A stretch of DNA of 32,000 nt from an uncultured Oscillibacter sp. Lineage in GTDB: Bacteria; Bacillota; Clostridia; Oscillospirales; Oscillospiraceae. Positions 17,315 through 24,513 of the stretch are shown one piece after another (the first letter of the stretch is position 1; every line of letters starts with the position of its first letter). The notes below the pieces were generated by a model, which was given only the letters and a program-made list of their open reading frames with translations, did no database searches and was not told the DNA's origin. The stretch covers positions 47,520-79,519 of the forward strand of contig CAMXKT010000002.1 in NCBI GenBank assembly GCA_947244595.1, written 5' to 3'. Both the position numbers and the translations under genes were made by a program.

Positions 17315-18013
17315 TCACACTTTGAACTGATCGTTCCCTTCCATATTCTTTTCTCGTTTGTATGGATTTCCACAGCTTCTTTTTCCATCAATATGTTCAA
17401 ACAGATCTCGGTCCTTGCTGATTTCCATTTCCATGGGGTCCAGCACAAAGTCAAGCCCTTCACGTCTTGCCAGTTTTGCGGCCGGAACAAAATCACTGTC
17501 TCCGGCAATCAAAACGATTTGCTCAACTTGATGCTTATATGCCAAAGAAGCTATATCCATACCAATTTTCATATCAACGCCCTTTTGCCGAATAGTTAGT
17601 TCAAAATCCTTTTCGGTAAGAGCGTCAGGCGATAGGGTCCCATTGCAAAGTTTTTTCACAGAACTATACGAAAGTGTATATACGGAGTTCGTATCATCCA
17701 AAAAGCCAAGCCTTAGTGCGACTTTCCTTTTTTCCTTCAGGCAATTTAAAAAATCACACATCCATGAATAGTCTGGTGTAGCGCCTAGATTAACCGTACG
17801 TTTCAACAGAGGATGATACATTTGTTTATTGACTGGAGCACAGTCATAATAAAAAATGCGATATAGCTCATGGTGGTATACGTGCTCTTTCAAATGTCTC
17901 CGGACATATGTAATTAAGCCGCTTGCTGTTTCCTGTGGGGAGTGCTGTCCCCACAGTTTTTTCGCCCGTTTTCGATAAAAACCACCATCAACCAAAATCG
18001 CTGTTTTCGACAT
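17315..18013 (-). CDS. NYN-domain (LabA/DUF88, PIN-like) putative ribonuclease
   Basis: 232 aa. The pattern AILVDGGFY ... KGVDMKIGMDIASLAYKHQVEQIVLIAGDSDFVPAAKLARREG matches the NYN-domain acidic-residue pattern. The gene is AT-rich: about 37-38% GC in two hand-counted 60-nt samples. Confidence 0.8.
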   Translation of the reverse strand: MSKTAILVDGGFYRKRAKKLWGQHSPQETASGLITYVRRHLKEHVYHHELYRIFYYDCAPVNKQMYHPLLKRTVNLGATPDYSWMCDFLNCLKEKRKVALRLGFLDDTNSVYTLSYSSVKKLCNGTLSPDALTEKDFELTIRQKGVDMKIGMDIASLAYKHQVEQIVLIAGDSDFVPAAKLARREGLDFVLDPMEMEISKDRDLFEHIDGKRSCGNPYKREKNMEGNDQFKV

Positions 18014-18039
18014 ATTTCTCCCTCCGCTACATATATCTA

Positions 18040-18092
18040 AAGCCCTTAGAACGGGCTCTCCCCTTATCGTGGGGGGTCTGCTCTAAGGGCTT
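18040..18092 (-). promoter_or_regulatory. long hairpin in the 5' leader of the NYN gene
   Basis: A perfect 11-bp stem AAGCCCTTAGA (18040-18050) / TCTAAGGGCTT (18082-18092) encloses an inner C-run/G-run hairpin. It ends 27 nt upstream of the start codon. Confidence 0.5.
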
Positions 18093-18138
18093 GATAGCAC
18101 AACGGGGAGGTGGCGGGGCCACTTTCGTTGTACTGCTT

Positions 18139-18167
18139 ATATTATGCTCTTGTTGCGTGTAAGTCAA
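18139..18167 (-). promoter_or_regulatory. candidate promoter of the NYN gene
   Basis: Minus strand reads TTGACT (18167-18162), 17-nt spacer, TAATAT (18144-18139). Confidence 0.5.
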
Positions 18168-18222
18168 CCTCAAATCATACTTTTTGACGTTTTCAACAAA
18201 TTATATTTGACTTTTCGTCAAA

Positions 18223-18669
18223 TTATTTAATAGAATCGCCGGTAGTTTTTTCTTCACTTTCTTTCTTCAGGTTTTCCGTTTCCTTCGCTCCGGCGGGCCG
18301 GGCGTCCCCCAGCTCCTCCATGGGGATGCTTCCCTTTACCGGCTTGGCCTCCTGCGCGGCCTTGAACTCAATGAAGGCCATGACCTCCTGCTGGGCCTCT
18401 TTGGAGAGCTTGTCGTAGCGAAGCACCAAGTAGGGGTGATCTGGGAATTTAGGAGCATCAGGAGAGCTCTCCCCTAGGAGTTCGCTGGTGGTCACATCAA
18501 GGTACTGCGCCAAAAGCTGGACCTTCTCAACAGAGGGGATACTTCCTTGTGTTGTTATTTTATTTATGAAATTTGCACCCGCTCCGCTTTCACGACAAGC
18601 TACCGTGGGTTTAATTCCACGCAAGGCACAATATTTCTTGACATTTTGCACAAGAATCTCCTTGTCCAA
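18223..18669 (-). CDS. cI-like phage repressor (XRE-family HTH)
   Basis: 148 aa with a TTG start 9 nt after AAGGAG. The N-terminal HTH_3 is VKKYCALRGIKPTVACRESGAGANFINKITTQGSIPSVEKVQLLAQYLDV. It is divergent from a cro-like gene. The inverted repeat TTTGAC-N5-GTCAAA (18206-18222) sits right after the stop. Confidence 0.8.
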   Translation of the reverse strand: MDKEILVQNVKKYCALRGIKPTVACRESGAGANFINKITTQGSIPSVEKVQLLAQYLDVTTSELLGESSPDAPKFPDHPYLVLRYDKLSKEAQQEVMAFIEFKAAQEAKPVKGSIPMEELGDARPAGAKETENLKKESEEKTTGDSIK

Positions 18670-18710
18670 GAGGCATTACTCCTTAAAAAGAATCGGCGCT
18701 TTATACAAAT

Positions 18711-18750
18711 AATCTCTATTTAGGCATTTCTATATTGACAATCTCTAATT
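18711..18750. repeat. two operator-like direct repeats AATCTCTA(T/A)TT in the switch region
   Basis: Copies at 18711-18721 and 18740-18750. The second overlaps the -35/spacer of the rightward promoter. Confidence 0.45.
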
Positions 18751-18763
18751 GGTGATTTATGCT
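18735..18763 (+). promoter_or_regulatory. candidate early rightward promoter (PR-like)
   Basis: TTGACA (18735-18740), 17-nt spacer, TATGCT (18758-18763). It lies 66 nt from the repressor start and about 480 nt upstream of the cro-like ATG. Confidence 0.5.
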
Positions 18764-19241
18764 TTACGTGTAGGGCAACCCAAGGCCCGAGAAAACAGAC
18801 AGCGACGCAGACATCCGCCGAATTTACGGAGTACAAACCGACCATTGCTGGCCGGCAGGGCGATAAGCTCACCCCATTCTCATGATAATCGGAACGCTTC
18901 GCGAGGGAAGAAGTAAAGCCAAGAGACTTGCACAAGGAATCCTCTGCCTTATCGAAGACGCGAGAAACACTCATGCCGCCCATGGTCTTATCAAATCCGT
19001 TGATTCCAGGCATCCAAATTTGTTGCTCCGCCGAAGCGGGGAACGGTCATTTTTGCCGCCCTCTCATGGTCGCCCATGAGTTCAGACTGTGCCTTCATCC
19101 CAGGGGGATGCTCCGTGTCCAGTCGTTACACCTTCCCATAAAGGGCTTGGCTCGGCGTAATCTGCTTTGCTGTCTGTTTTTCATTCTACCATTTACGCAA
19201 GGCGTAAGCAAGCCCCAATTTAATCGAAAGGAGATGAAACC

Positions 19242-19445
19242 ATGGAAATTCGCAAGTTCCGAGAGGCGGCGGGCCTGACCATGACGGAGCTGGCGGGCAA
19301 GTTAGGCGTATCGGTTCCTACCGTGTCCCGCTGGGAAAGCGGCGAGGACAGCCCTGCGTCTCCCAGGCTCCCGCTTCTGGCGGACGCGCTGGGCTGCTCC
19401 ATTGACCAGCTGTACGGGCGCGGTTCTCCCCCCGCGGCGAGATGA
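19242..19445 (+). CDS. Cro/XRE-type HTH regulator
   Basis: 67 aa. The HTH is LTMTELAGKLGVSVPTVSRWESGEDSP. The SD AAAGGAG lies upstream. Confidence 0.8.
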   Translation: MEIRKFREAAGLTMTELAGKLGVSVPTVSRWESGEDSPASPRLPLLADALGCSIDQLYGRGSPPAAR

Positions 19446-19479
19446 GAGTCCCCATTACGCAAGGAAGGAGAAACCCATC

Positions 19480-19659
19480 ATGTGGACATTATTCTTTTTC
19501 GTCACTACGCTCATCTTCGCCTGGAAATGGTCTGTTGCCCGGATCGCCGAGATGGCCCTGCTCCAGTACATACAGGACAAGGACTTTCCGTGGCCCTCGG
19601 CGGAAGAGTTTGACGAATACTGCGACTGCGCCTGGAGGGCCCTGCTGCGCCTTCCGTAA
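19480..19659 (+). CDS. small hypothetical membrane protein (59 aa)
   Basis: ATG 19480 follows GGAGAA, within ORF 19402-19659. The N-terminal hydrophobic helix is MWTLFFFVTTLIFAWKW. Confidence 0.5.
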   Translation: MWTLFFFVTTLIFAWKWSVARIAEMALLQYIQDKDFPWPSAEEFDEYCDCAWRALLRLP

Positions 19660-19704
19660 CCCGTCCCCAGCCCCCGCAGAACAAAACCGAAAGGAGGTGT
19701 CCGA

Positions 19705-19917
19705 ATGAAACCGCGCCCTTCGTCCTATGAAGCCCTTCCCTGGGTCCTGACCCCCGAGGAGGTGGCACCGCTGCTGAACGTCGGCATTTGTACCGTCTAT
19801 GAGCTGCTTCGGAGCAAGCAGCTCAAGCACACCCGGATCGGCGTGCAGTACCGGATTCTCAAACAGGACGTGCTGGCCTTCATGGACCAGGGCTCCCAGG
19901 CGGCAGAGGCCGTCTAA
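19705..19917 (+). CDS. excisionase-family HTH_17 DNA-binding protein
   Basis: 70 aa. The motif is LTPEEVAPLLNVGICTVYELLRSKQLKHTRIGVQYRILKQDV. The SD AAAGGAGG lies upstream. Confidence 0.75.
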   Translation: MKPRPSSYEALPWVLTPEEVAPLLNVGICTVYELLRSKQLKHTRIGVQYRILKQDVLAFMDQGSQAAEAV

Positions 19918-19949
19918 GCCGACCATATCACAAACAGGAGGAAAACACC

Positions 19950-20412
19950 ATGTCGGAACTGTCCCAAAACATCTACCGGACCGGGCGGATTTGTACCGGT
20001 CTCACCCAGGAGGCGGCGGCCGAGCAGATCGGCGTCGCGGCTGAAACGCTCCGGGCCTACGAGTCCGGGCGGCGGATTCCCCCCCAGTGACGTTGTGGAG
20101 CGGATGGTGGTCTGCTACCACGCCCCCGCCCTCGCTTACCGTCATCTTCATGAAACCAGCGGCCTGATCTCCTATGTGGTCCCGGAGCTGGAAGCCCGCA
20201 GCGTGCTGGAGTCGGCGGTCCGGTTCTACTTGCTACTGACCCGCTTCGCCAAGAGCCAGGCCGTGGACCGTCTGCTGGAGATCGCCGAGAGCGGTATCGG
20301 CCAGCGGGAACAGGCGGAGTTCAACCAAATCACGGCGGAGCTCCGGGAGCTGGCCCGCCCCTGCCTGGAGCTGGATATCTTCTGGAGAGACGCCGGAAAG
20401 GAGCTGTTATGA
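19950..20412 (+). pseudogene. XRE-type HTH gene split by a frameshift at a C7 homopolymer (real mutation, slippage site or sequencing error)
   Basis: ATG 19950 follows AGGAGG and encodes MSELSQNIYRTGRICTGLTQEAAAEQIGVAAETLRAYESGRRIPPQ*, with stop at 20088-20090. Removing one C from the run at 20079-20085 gives ...RRIPPSDVVERMVVCYHAP..., continuous with ORF 20095-20412. That ORF has no credible own RBS. Confidence 0.6.
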
Positions 20413-20588
20413 AACGCTATGTGATTCAGTCTCGCACCCACGACTGGGACCCCTGGGAGGTCTGTCCCGGCAAAGAGTTCTTTTCGCCGGAAGAGGCCAG
20501 GAAGGCTTTCGATGCTCTGCCCTTTAAGACGCACTACCGGATCGCCGAGGCGTACGTCCAGGTTCGCTATAAGGCCGTCAAGGAGTAG
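20409..20588 (+). CDS. hypothetical protein (59 aa), below the ORF-track cutoff
   Basis: It has an ATGA overlap with the upstream stop. My translation is MKRYVIQSRTHDWDPWEVCPGKEFFSPEEARKAFDALPFKTHYRIAEAYVQVRYKAVKE. Confidence 0.5.
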   Translation: MKRYVIQSRTHDWDPWEVCPGKEFFSPEEARKAFDALPFKTHYRIAEAYVQVRYKAVKE

Positions 20589-20597
20589 GAGGCTGTC

Positions 20598-20861
20598 ATG
20601 AACGAACAAGAAAAGGCGATGCTTCTAACCGCCGGACACAGCCGCTGCCTGCTTCCTCTGGAAAATCTTCTTGAACAAGCTATCCAGAAGCAGGCGTTTC
20701 GGTCGGCGGAGTGCTGGCGGTATGAATACAACGGGGCGCTGAAGATGCTGGAGGCCCTGCGTCTGATTTCGGCTGAGGAGTACGATGCCCGTTCAGAAGA
20801 GATGCTGTCTCGGCTTCTGCGAGCCCAGCACCCGGAAGACTATGAGGATGAGACAGCATGA
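20598..20861 (+). CDS. hypothetical phage protein
   Basis: 87-aa ORF after the SD GGAGTAGGAGG, with a helical composition. Confidence 0.55.
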   Translation: MNEQEKAMLLTAGHSRCLLPLENLLEQAIQKQAFRSAECWRYEYNGALKMLEALRLISAEEYDARSEEMLSRLLRAQHPEDYEDETA

Positions 20862-21016
20862 ACCGGCTCATAAGCGCCATACCCGTGAGGGGCGGCTGGT
20901 ATGTGCAGGTCGTACTCCCCAGCGGGAGGCTTCGGTGGATTCCCTGCGTGGGGACCTTCCGGGAGGCCATAGACCAGGCGCTCCAATGGGAGCTGGAGGA
21001 AGGAGAAGACGAATGA
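20858..21016 (+). CDS. hypothetical protein (52 aa), below the ORF-track cutoff
   Basis: It has an ATGA overlap with the upstream stop. My translation is MNRLISAIPVRGGWYVQVVLPSGRLRWIPCVGTFREAIDQALQWELEEGEDE. Confidence 0.45.
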   Translation: MNRLISAIPVRGGWYVQVVLPSGRLRWIPCVGTFREAIDQALQWELEEGEDE

Positions 21017-21162
21017 ACCGCGCAAAAAAAGACCGCCCGAAAGTTGCAGCCTTCGAGCAGTCTCGTCCAAGGGTTTGCCCTGGAATCAACGGTAAAGTTA
21101 TTATATCAGAATTCCGGCAAAATGCAAGCCCCAATCTGGACGGGGGAGGAGGTGCCTCCCCC

Positions 21163-21252
21163 ATGTCCGGATGGGTACTCGCATTGACTATGATCGGGAG
21201 CGGCTGGCTGACCAGCCAGCTGTTCCGCCTGATTGACTGGATTGAGCGCTGA
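21163..21252 (+). CDS. possible 29-aa hydrophobic peptide
   Basis: ATG 21163 lies 10 nt after GGAGGAGG and encodes MSGWVLALTMIGSGWLTSQLFRLIDWIER. The longer in-frame option from ATG 21013 has atypically AT-rich third positions. Confidence 0.3.
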   Translation: MSGWVLALTMIGSGWLTSQLFRLIDWIER

Positions 21253-21289
21253 ACCCTCTCTGAATCTCAACAACGAAAGGAACGCCGTA

Positions 21290-22378
21290 ATGAGCATTTT
21301 GGAACATCACTTTCCCCCGCTGATCGCAGAAAAATACGGCGTGAACGCGGCAATTTTCCTGCGGGATATCTACCATTGGTGCAGCACCAACCGCGACAAT
21401 GAACAAAACCTTCACGAGGGCCGGTGGTGGACCTATCAGACCATCAAAGGGCTGTGCCGCCGCCACCCCTACTGGACGAAAAACCAGGTTGAGCATATCA
21501 TCAAGACCTGCCAGGAAAAGGGGGCTCTGCTGTCCGGGCATTTCAACGAGGACCCCCTTGACCGGACGCGGTGGTACACCCTCACCGACGAGGCGTGGGA
21601 ACTGTTCGAGGGGCCGCTTCCCATTTCGGAGATTTCCGAAATGCATTTCGGAAAAGATACCCCTGCAAGCCGGAAAAATCAGAAATGTAATAATGATAAA
21701 CATAAGACAGAAAATATAAAACATATATATGCGCAGCCCGCCGCGCAGGGGTGTGTTCAGGACGTGGAAACGGCGCTGTCCTCCGTGGAAGTACATGACG
21801 ATAACCGCTCCGCCGTCGCTGAGGTCGCTTACGCGCTTGAGCAAAGCGGCTACCTGTGCCAGTGCAATGTCCTGGTGCCCTCAAGGGGGACCGGCGACCA
21901 GTACCGGGGCCGGATTAACATTGTCGCCACCAGGGATGGAAAGACAGTCGCACTGTCTCTCGACCGAAAGACTATCCGGGAGAAGAGCGTGTTCATGCTA
22001 AGGGAATTTCCTTGCGACTGCCGGATCGTTCTGCTGAGAAGCGGAGAGATTCCGCTTCCCCCGGCTGGGATCGACGCGATACTCTCTCTTCAGGTTACGA
22101 ACGGCGAGGATGACTTCCTGCGTTTCTGGGCCGCTTACCCCCGGAAGGTGGACAAGCAGAAGGCATTGAATGCCTGGAAGAAACTCTCTCCGGACGGAGA
22201 GCTGTGCCAGGTGATTGCGGCGGCCCTGGAGGAGCAGAAGCGTTCCCCCCAGTGGCTCAAGGACGGCGGAGCCTATATTCCCTACCCTTCCAGCTGGCTC
22301 AATGGCCGCCGGTGGGAGGATGAGAGCGGGCCAGCGCACACCGCCTCTGAAACTGAGGAAGGAGTGACGTACATATGA
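21290..22378 (+). CDS. phage replication initiator / replisome organizer-like protein
   Basis: ORF 21233-22378, preferred start ATG 21290. It has an N-terminal winged-helix-like region and a low-complexity AT-rich linker. The C-terminal motif FLRFWAAYPRKVDKQKALNAWKKL...WLNGRRWED recurs in phage/plasmid DnaD-like organizers (from memory, not searched). Confidence 0.6.
   Translation: MSILEHHFPPLIAEKYGVNAAIFLRDIYHWCSTNRDNEQNLHEGRWWTYQTIKGLCRRHPYWTKNQVEHIIKTCQEKGALLSGHFNEDPLDRTRWYTLTDEAWELFEGPLPISEISEMHFGKDTPASRKNQKCNNDKHKTENIKHIYAQPAAQGCVQDVETALSSVEVHDDNRSAVAEVAYALEQSGYLCQCNVLVPSRGTGDQYRGRINIVATRDGKTVALSLDRKTIREKSVFMLREFPCDCRIVLLRSGEIPLPPAGIDAILSLQVTNGEDDFLRFWAAYPRKVDKQKALNAWKKLSPDGELCQVIAAALEEQKRSPQWLKDGGAYIPYPSSWLNGRRWEDESGPAHTASETEEGVTYI
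21622..21654. repeat. three copies of CATTTCGGA (two direct, one inverted), including a 22-bp perfect palindrome; ori-like
   Basis: CATTTCGGA at 21622-21630 and 21644-21652, with the inverted copy at 21635-21643. The palindrome TTTCCGAAATGCATTTCGGAAA spans 21633-21654 and is followed by a very AT-rich stretch to about 21735. Confidence 0.75.
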
Positions 22379-23721
22379 GCGTGCTTGTGTCCGAGCTGGC
22401 CATGGAGGCCCAGATCAACGTCCTGGGCTCCATGCTGATCGACTCCGAAGTCGTCGGTCCCCTGCTTCACCGGCTCACGGCGGAGGACTTCATCGAGGGC
22501 CGGTATCGGAACATCTTCCTGGCCGTCAAGAGGCTCCAAAGCCAGGGGAAGGAGCCGGACCCCCTGCTGGTGAATGACGCGCTGGGCGGGAATTACCGTG
22601 AAATCCTGGCGGGTCTCATGGAGTGCACCCCTACCTCCGCCAACGCGATGGAGTACGCCGCCGTCCTCCACCGGGCCGCCCTGCAATACCACTTGTCGGA
22701 GCTGGGGGAGCAACTGGCAGCGGCGGCCGCCTCCAGCTTGGATGAGGCCCGGACAGTGGCGGACAAGATCACCTCTCTGGCCTGTGAGAAACCCGGCGTG
22801 CGAATCACGGATCTCCGCCAATGCTACGAGGAGTTCCTGGACCGCCACGCCGAGGGCAAGAAGCCCGCCTATTTCACCTGGGGCATCTCCGCCTTGGATG
22901 AGCGTATCTACGTGGAGCCGGGAGACTTCACCGTCCTGGGCGGCTATCCCAGCGCGGGCAAGACGGCCCTGGCGCTGCAAATGTCCTTCCACATCGCGGA
23001 GCAGAAGCGGGTGGGCTATTTCTACTACGAGAACAACGACAAGAAGCTCTTTGACCGGCTGGTTGCTCTCAAGGCCAAGGTGTCCTTCGGGAAGATCAAG
23101 CGCTTCGACCTCCAGGAGGAGGACTTCGAGCAGATCGTCGCCGTCCAGAACGCGCTGACGGCCCCAGCCCTGGAGTTCGTGGACGCCTCCGGCATGACGG
23201 CGGCGGACGTGCGGGCTATGGCCTTGAGCCGCCGCTATGAGCTGGTGGTGGTAGACTATCTCCAGAAAATTCCCAGCAGCCGGGGACGGCGGGGCCTCAG
23301 CGACTTTGAGCGGGTCAGCGAGGTCTCCGGGGACCTCCAGAACCTGGGCCGTCAGACCGGGACAGCGGTGCTGGCCTTGAGCCAGCTCAGCCGCCCGAAG
23401 GCGGGGGGCGTTCAGGAGCCCGGCATGCACGCCTTCCGCCAGTCCGGGCAGATTGAGCAGGACGCGGATGTGGCGCTGCTGCTGTACAAGGAGGCCGGGA
23501 AGGACCAGAAAACCGCCCGGGTGCTGAAAATCGGCAAGAACAAGGAAGGCGAGGCGAATCTCGCCATGCGGATGTATTTTGACGGCGACACCCAGAGCTT
23601 CAGCCGGGTATTCCCGGCGCCGGAGAAACAGGAGAAGCCGCGCCGGAAGGCCCAGGTCAGTTTCTGGGAGGGCTGGAAGGAGCTCCCGGACGACGGGGAC
23701 AACCCCTTTCCGGAAGAGTAA
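22375..23721 (+). CDS. dnaB: DnaB-family replicative DNA helicase (phage-encoded)
   Basis: 448 aa. The N-terminal DnaB domain is EAQINVLGSMLIDSEVV, Walker A is GGYPSAGKTALALQM, and the later motif is FRQSGQIEQDADVALLLY. It has an ATGA overlap with the upstream gene. Confidence 0.9.
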   Translation: MSVLVSELAMEAQINVLGSMLIDSEVVGPLLHRLTAEDFIEGRYRNIFLAVKRLQSQGKEPDPLLVNDALGGNYREILAGLMECTPTSANAMEYAAVLHRAALQYHLSELGEQLAAAAASSLDEARTVADKITSLACEKPGVRITDLRQCYEEFLDRHAEGKKPAYFTWGISALDERIYVEPGDFTVLGGYPSAGKTALALQMSFHIAEQKRVGYFYYENNDKKLFDRLVALKAKVSFGKIKRFDLQEEDFEQIVAVQNALTAPALEFVDASGMTAADVRAMALSRRYELVVVDYLQKIPSSRGRRGLSDFERVSEVSGDLQNLGRQTGTAVLALSQLSRPKAGGVQEPGMHAFRQSGQIEQDADVALLLYKEAGKDQKTARVLKIGKNKEGEANLAMRMYFDGDTQSFSRVFPAPEKQEKPRRKAQVSFWEGWKELPDDGDNPFPEE

Positions 23722-23754
23722 AACGCCGCCTCCCGGCGGCTGAAAGGATAGCTT

Positions 23755-24513
23755 ATGAAAACCATCGCGATCTTGAACCTGAAAGGCGGGACGGCGAAGA
23801 CCGTCACGGCGGCCACCATGGCCCGGTGCCTTTCTGCGGAATACAGCGAGTCAGTTGTGCTGATCGACGCCGACCAGCAAGGGAATCTCTCTCAGTACTT
23901 CGGCGTCACCGACACCAGCCAATGCGGCAATACCTGGACCATTCTGACGGACGGCGGCGGGTACTGGCCGGACTTCGTGACGCCGATTTCTCCCACGCTG
24001 GATCTCATTCCCTCGGGCATGGAGCTGGCCAGGGCGGACCTCCCTAACAGCGGCGCCAGGGTGACGCAGATCGAGGAGCTGCGGACCGTTCTGGCGGAGG
24101 ACGGGGTGCGGTACCTGATCATCGACCTGCCGCCGTCCCTGGGGTTTGTTGTTCAAGCGTCGCTGCTGGCGGCGGATGAGGTCATCATTCCCATCCGGCT
24201 GGACACGTTCAGCACCGCCGGCATGGCGGAGCTGGCGCGGCAAGTGGACGATATGCGGAGCATCAACCCCCGTCTCCGAGTGGCGGGTATTCTGGGGACT
24301 CAGTTTCAGCGGACCGCTTATGAGCGGGAGGTCCACCGCCTGTTGGCGCTAGAGTCCGACCTGCCGGTGTTTCAGACCTTGATCCGCATGAGCCCGCCGG
24401 TGCCCAGGAGCTTCGACGCGCACGAGAGCATCCTGACATTCTCTCCCCGCTGCGGGGCGTCGATTGACTACCGGGCCTTCGTGCGAGAATATCTGGAGGT
24501 TCATCATGGGTGA
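23755..24513 (+). CDS. parA: ParA/Soj-family partition ATPase
   Basis: 252 aa. It has the deviant Walker A NLKGGTAKT, plus LIDADQQGN and IIDLPPS motifs. Confidence 0.9.
   Translation: MKTIAILNLKGGTAKTVTAATMARCLSAEYSESVVLIDADQQGNLSQYFGVTDTSQCGNTWTILTDGGGYWPDFVTPISPTLDLIPSGMELARADLPNSGARVTQIEELRTVLAEDGVRYLIIDLPPSLGFVVQASLLAADEVIIPIRLDTFSTAGMAELARQVDDMRSINPRLRVAGILGTQFQRTAYEREVHRLLALESDLPVFQTLIRMSPPVPRSFDAHESILTFSPRCGASIDYRAFVREYLEVHHG

Noticed and set aside
18720-19013. A 97-codon minus-strand ORF (and the 65- and 116-codon plus-strand ORFs) in the cI-cro intergenic region.
   Set aside because: It has no credible RBS, it runs across the predicted rightward promoter, and I recognise no family. 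It may be a remnant of a decayed gene.
21013-21162. A longer 79-aa version of the ORF ending at 21252 (ATGA-coupled start at 21013).
   Set aside because: Third-codon positions in 21013-21160 are AT-rich, unlike confirmed genes here. The stretch looks more like an intergenic or promoter region. Only the 29-codon distal part has an SD, and it is kept at low confidence.
22282-23430. A 382-aa minus-strand ORF opposite the DnaB-like helicase gene.
   Set aside because: It is antisense to a gene with clear Walker A and DnaB motifs. This is a shadow ORF.
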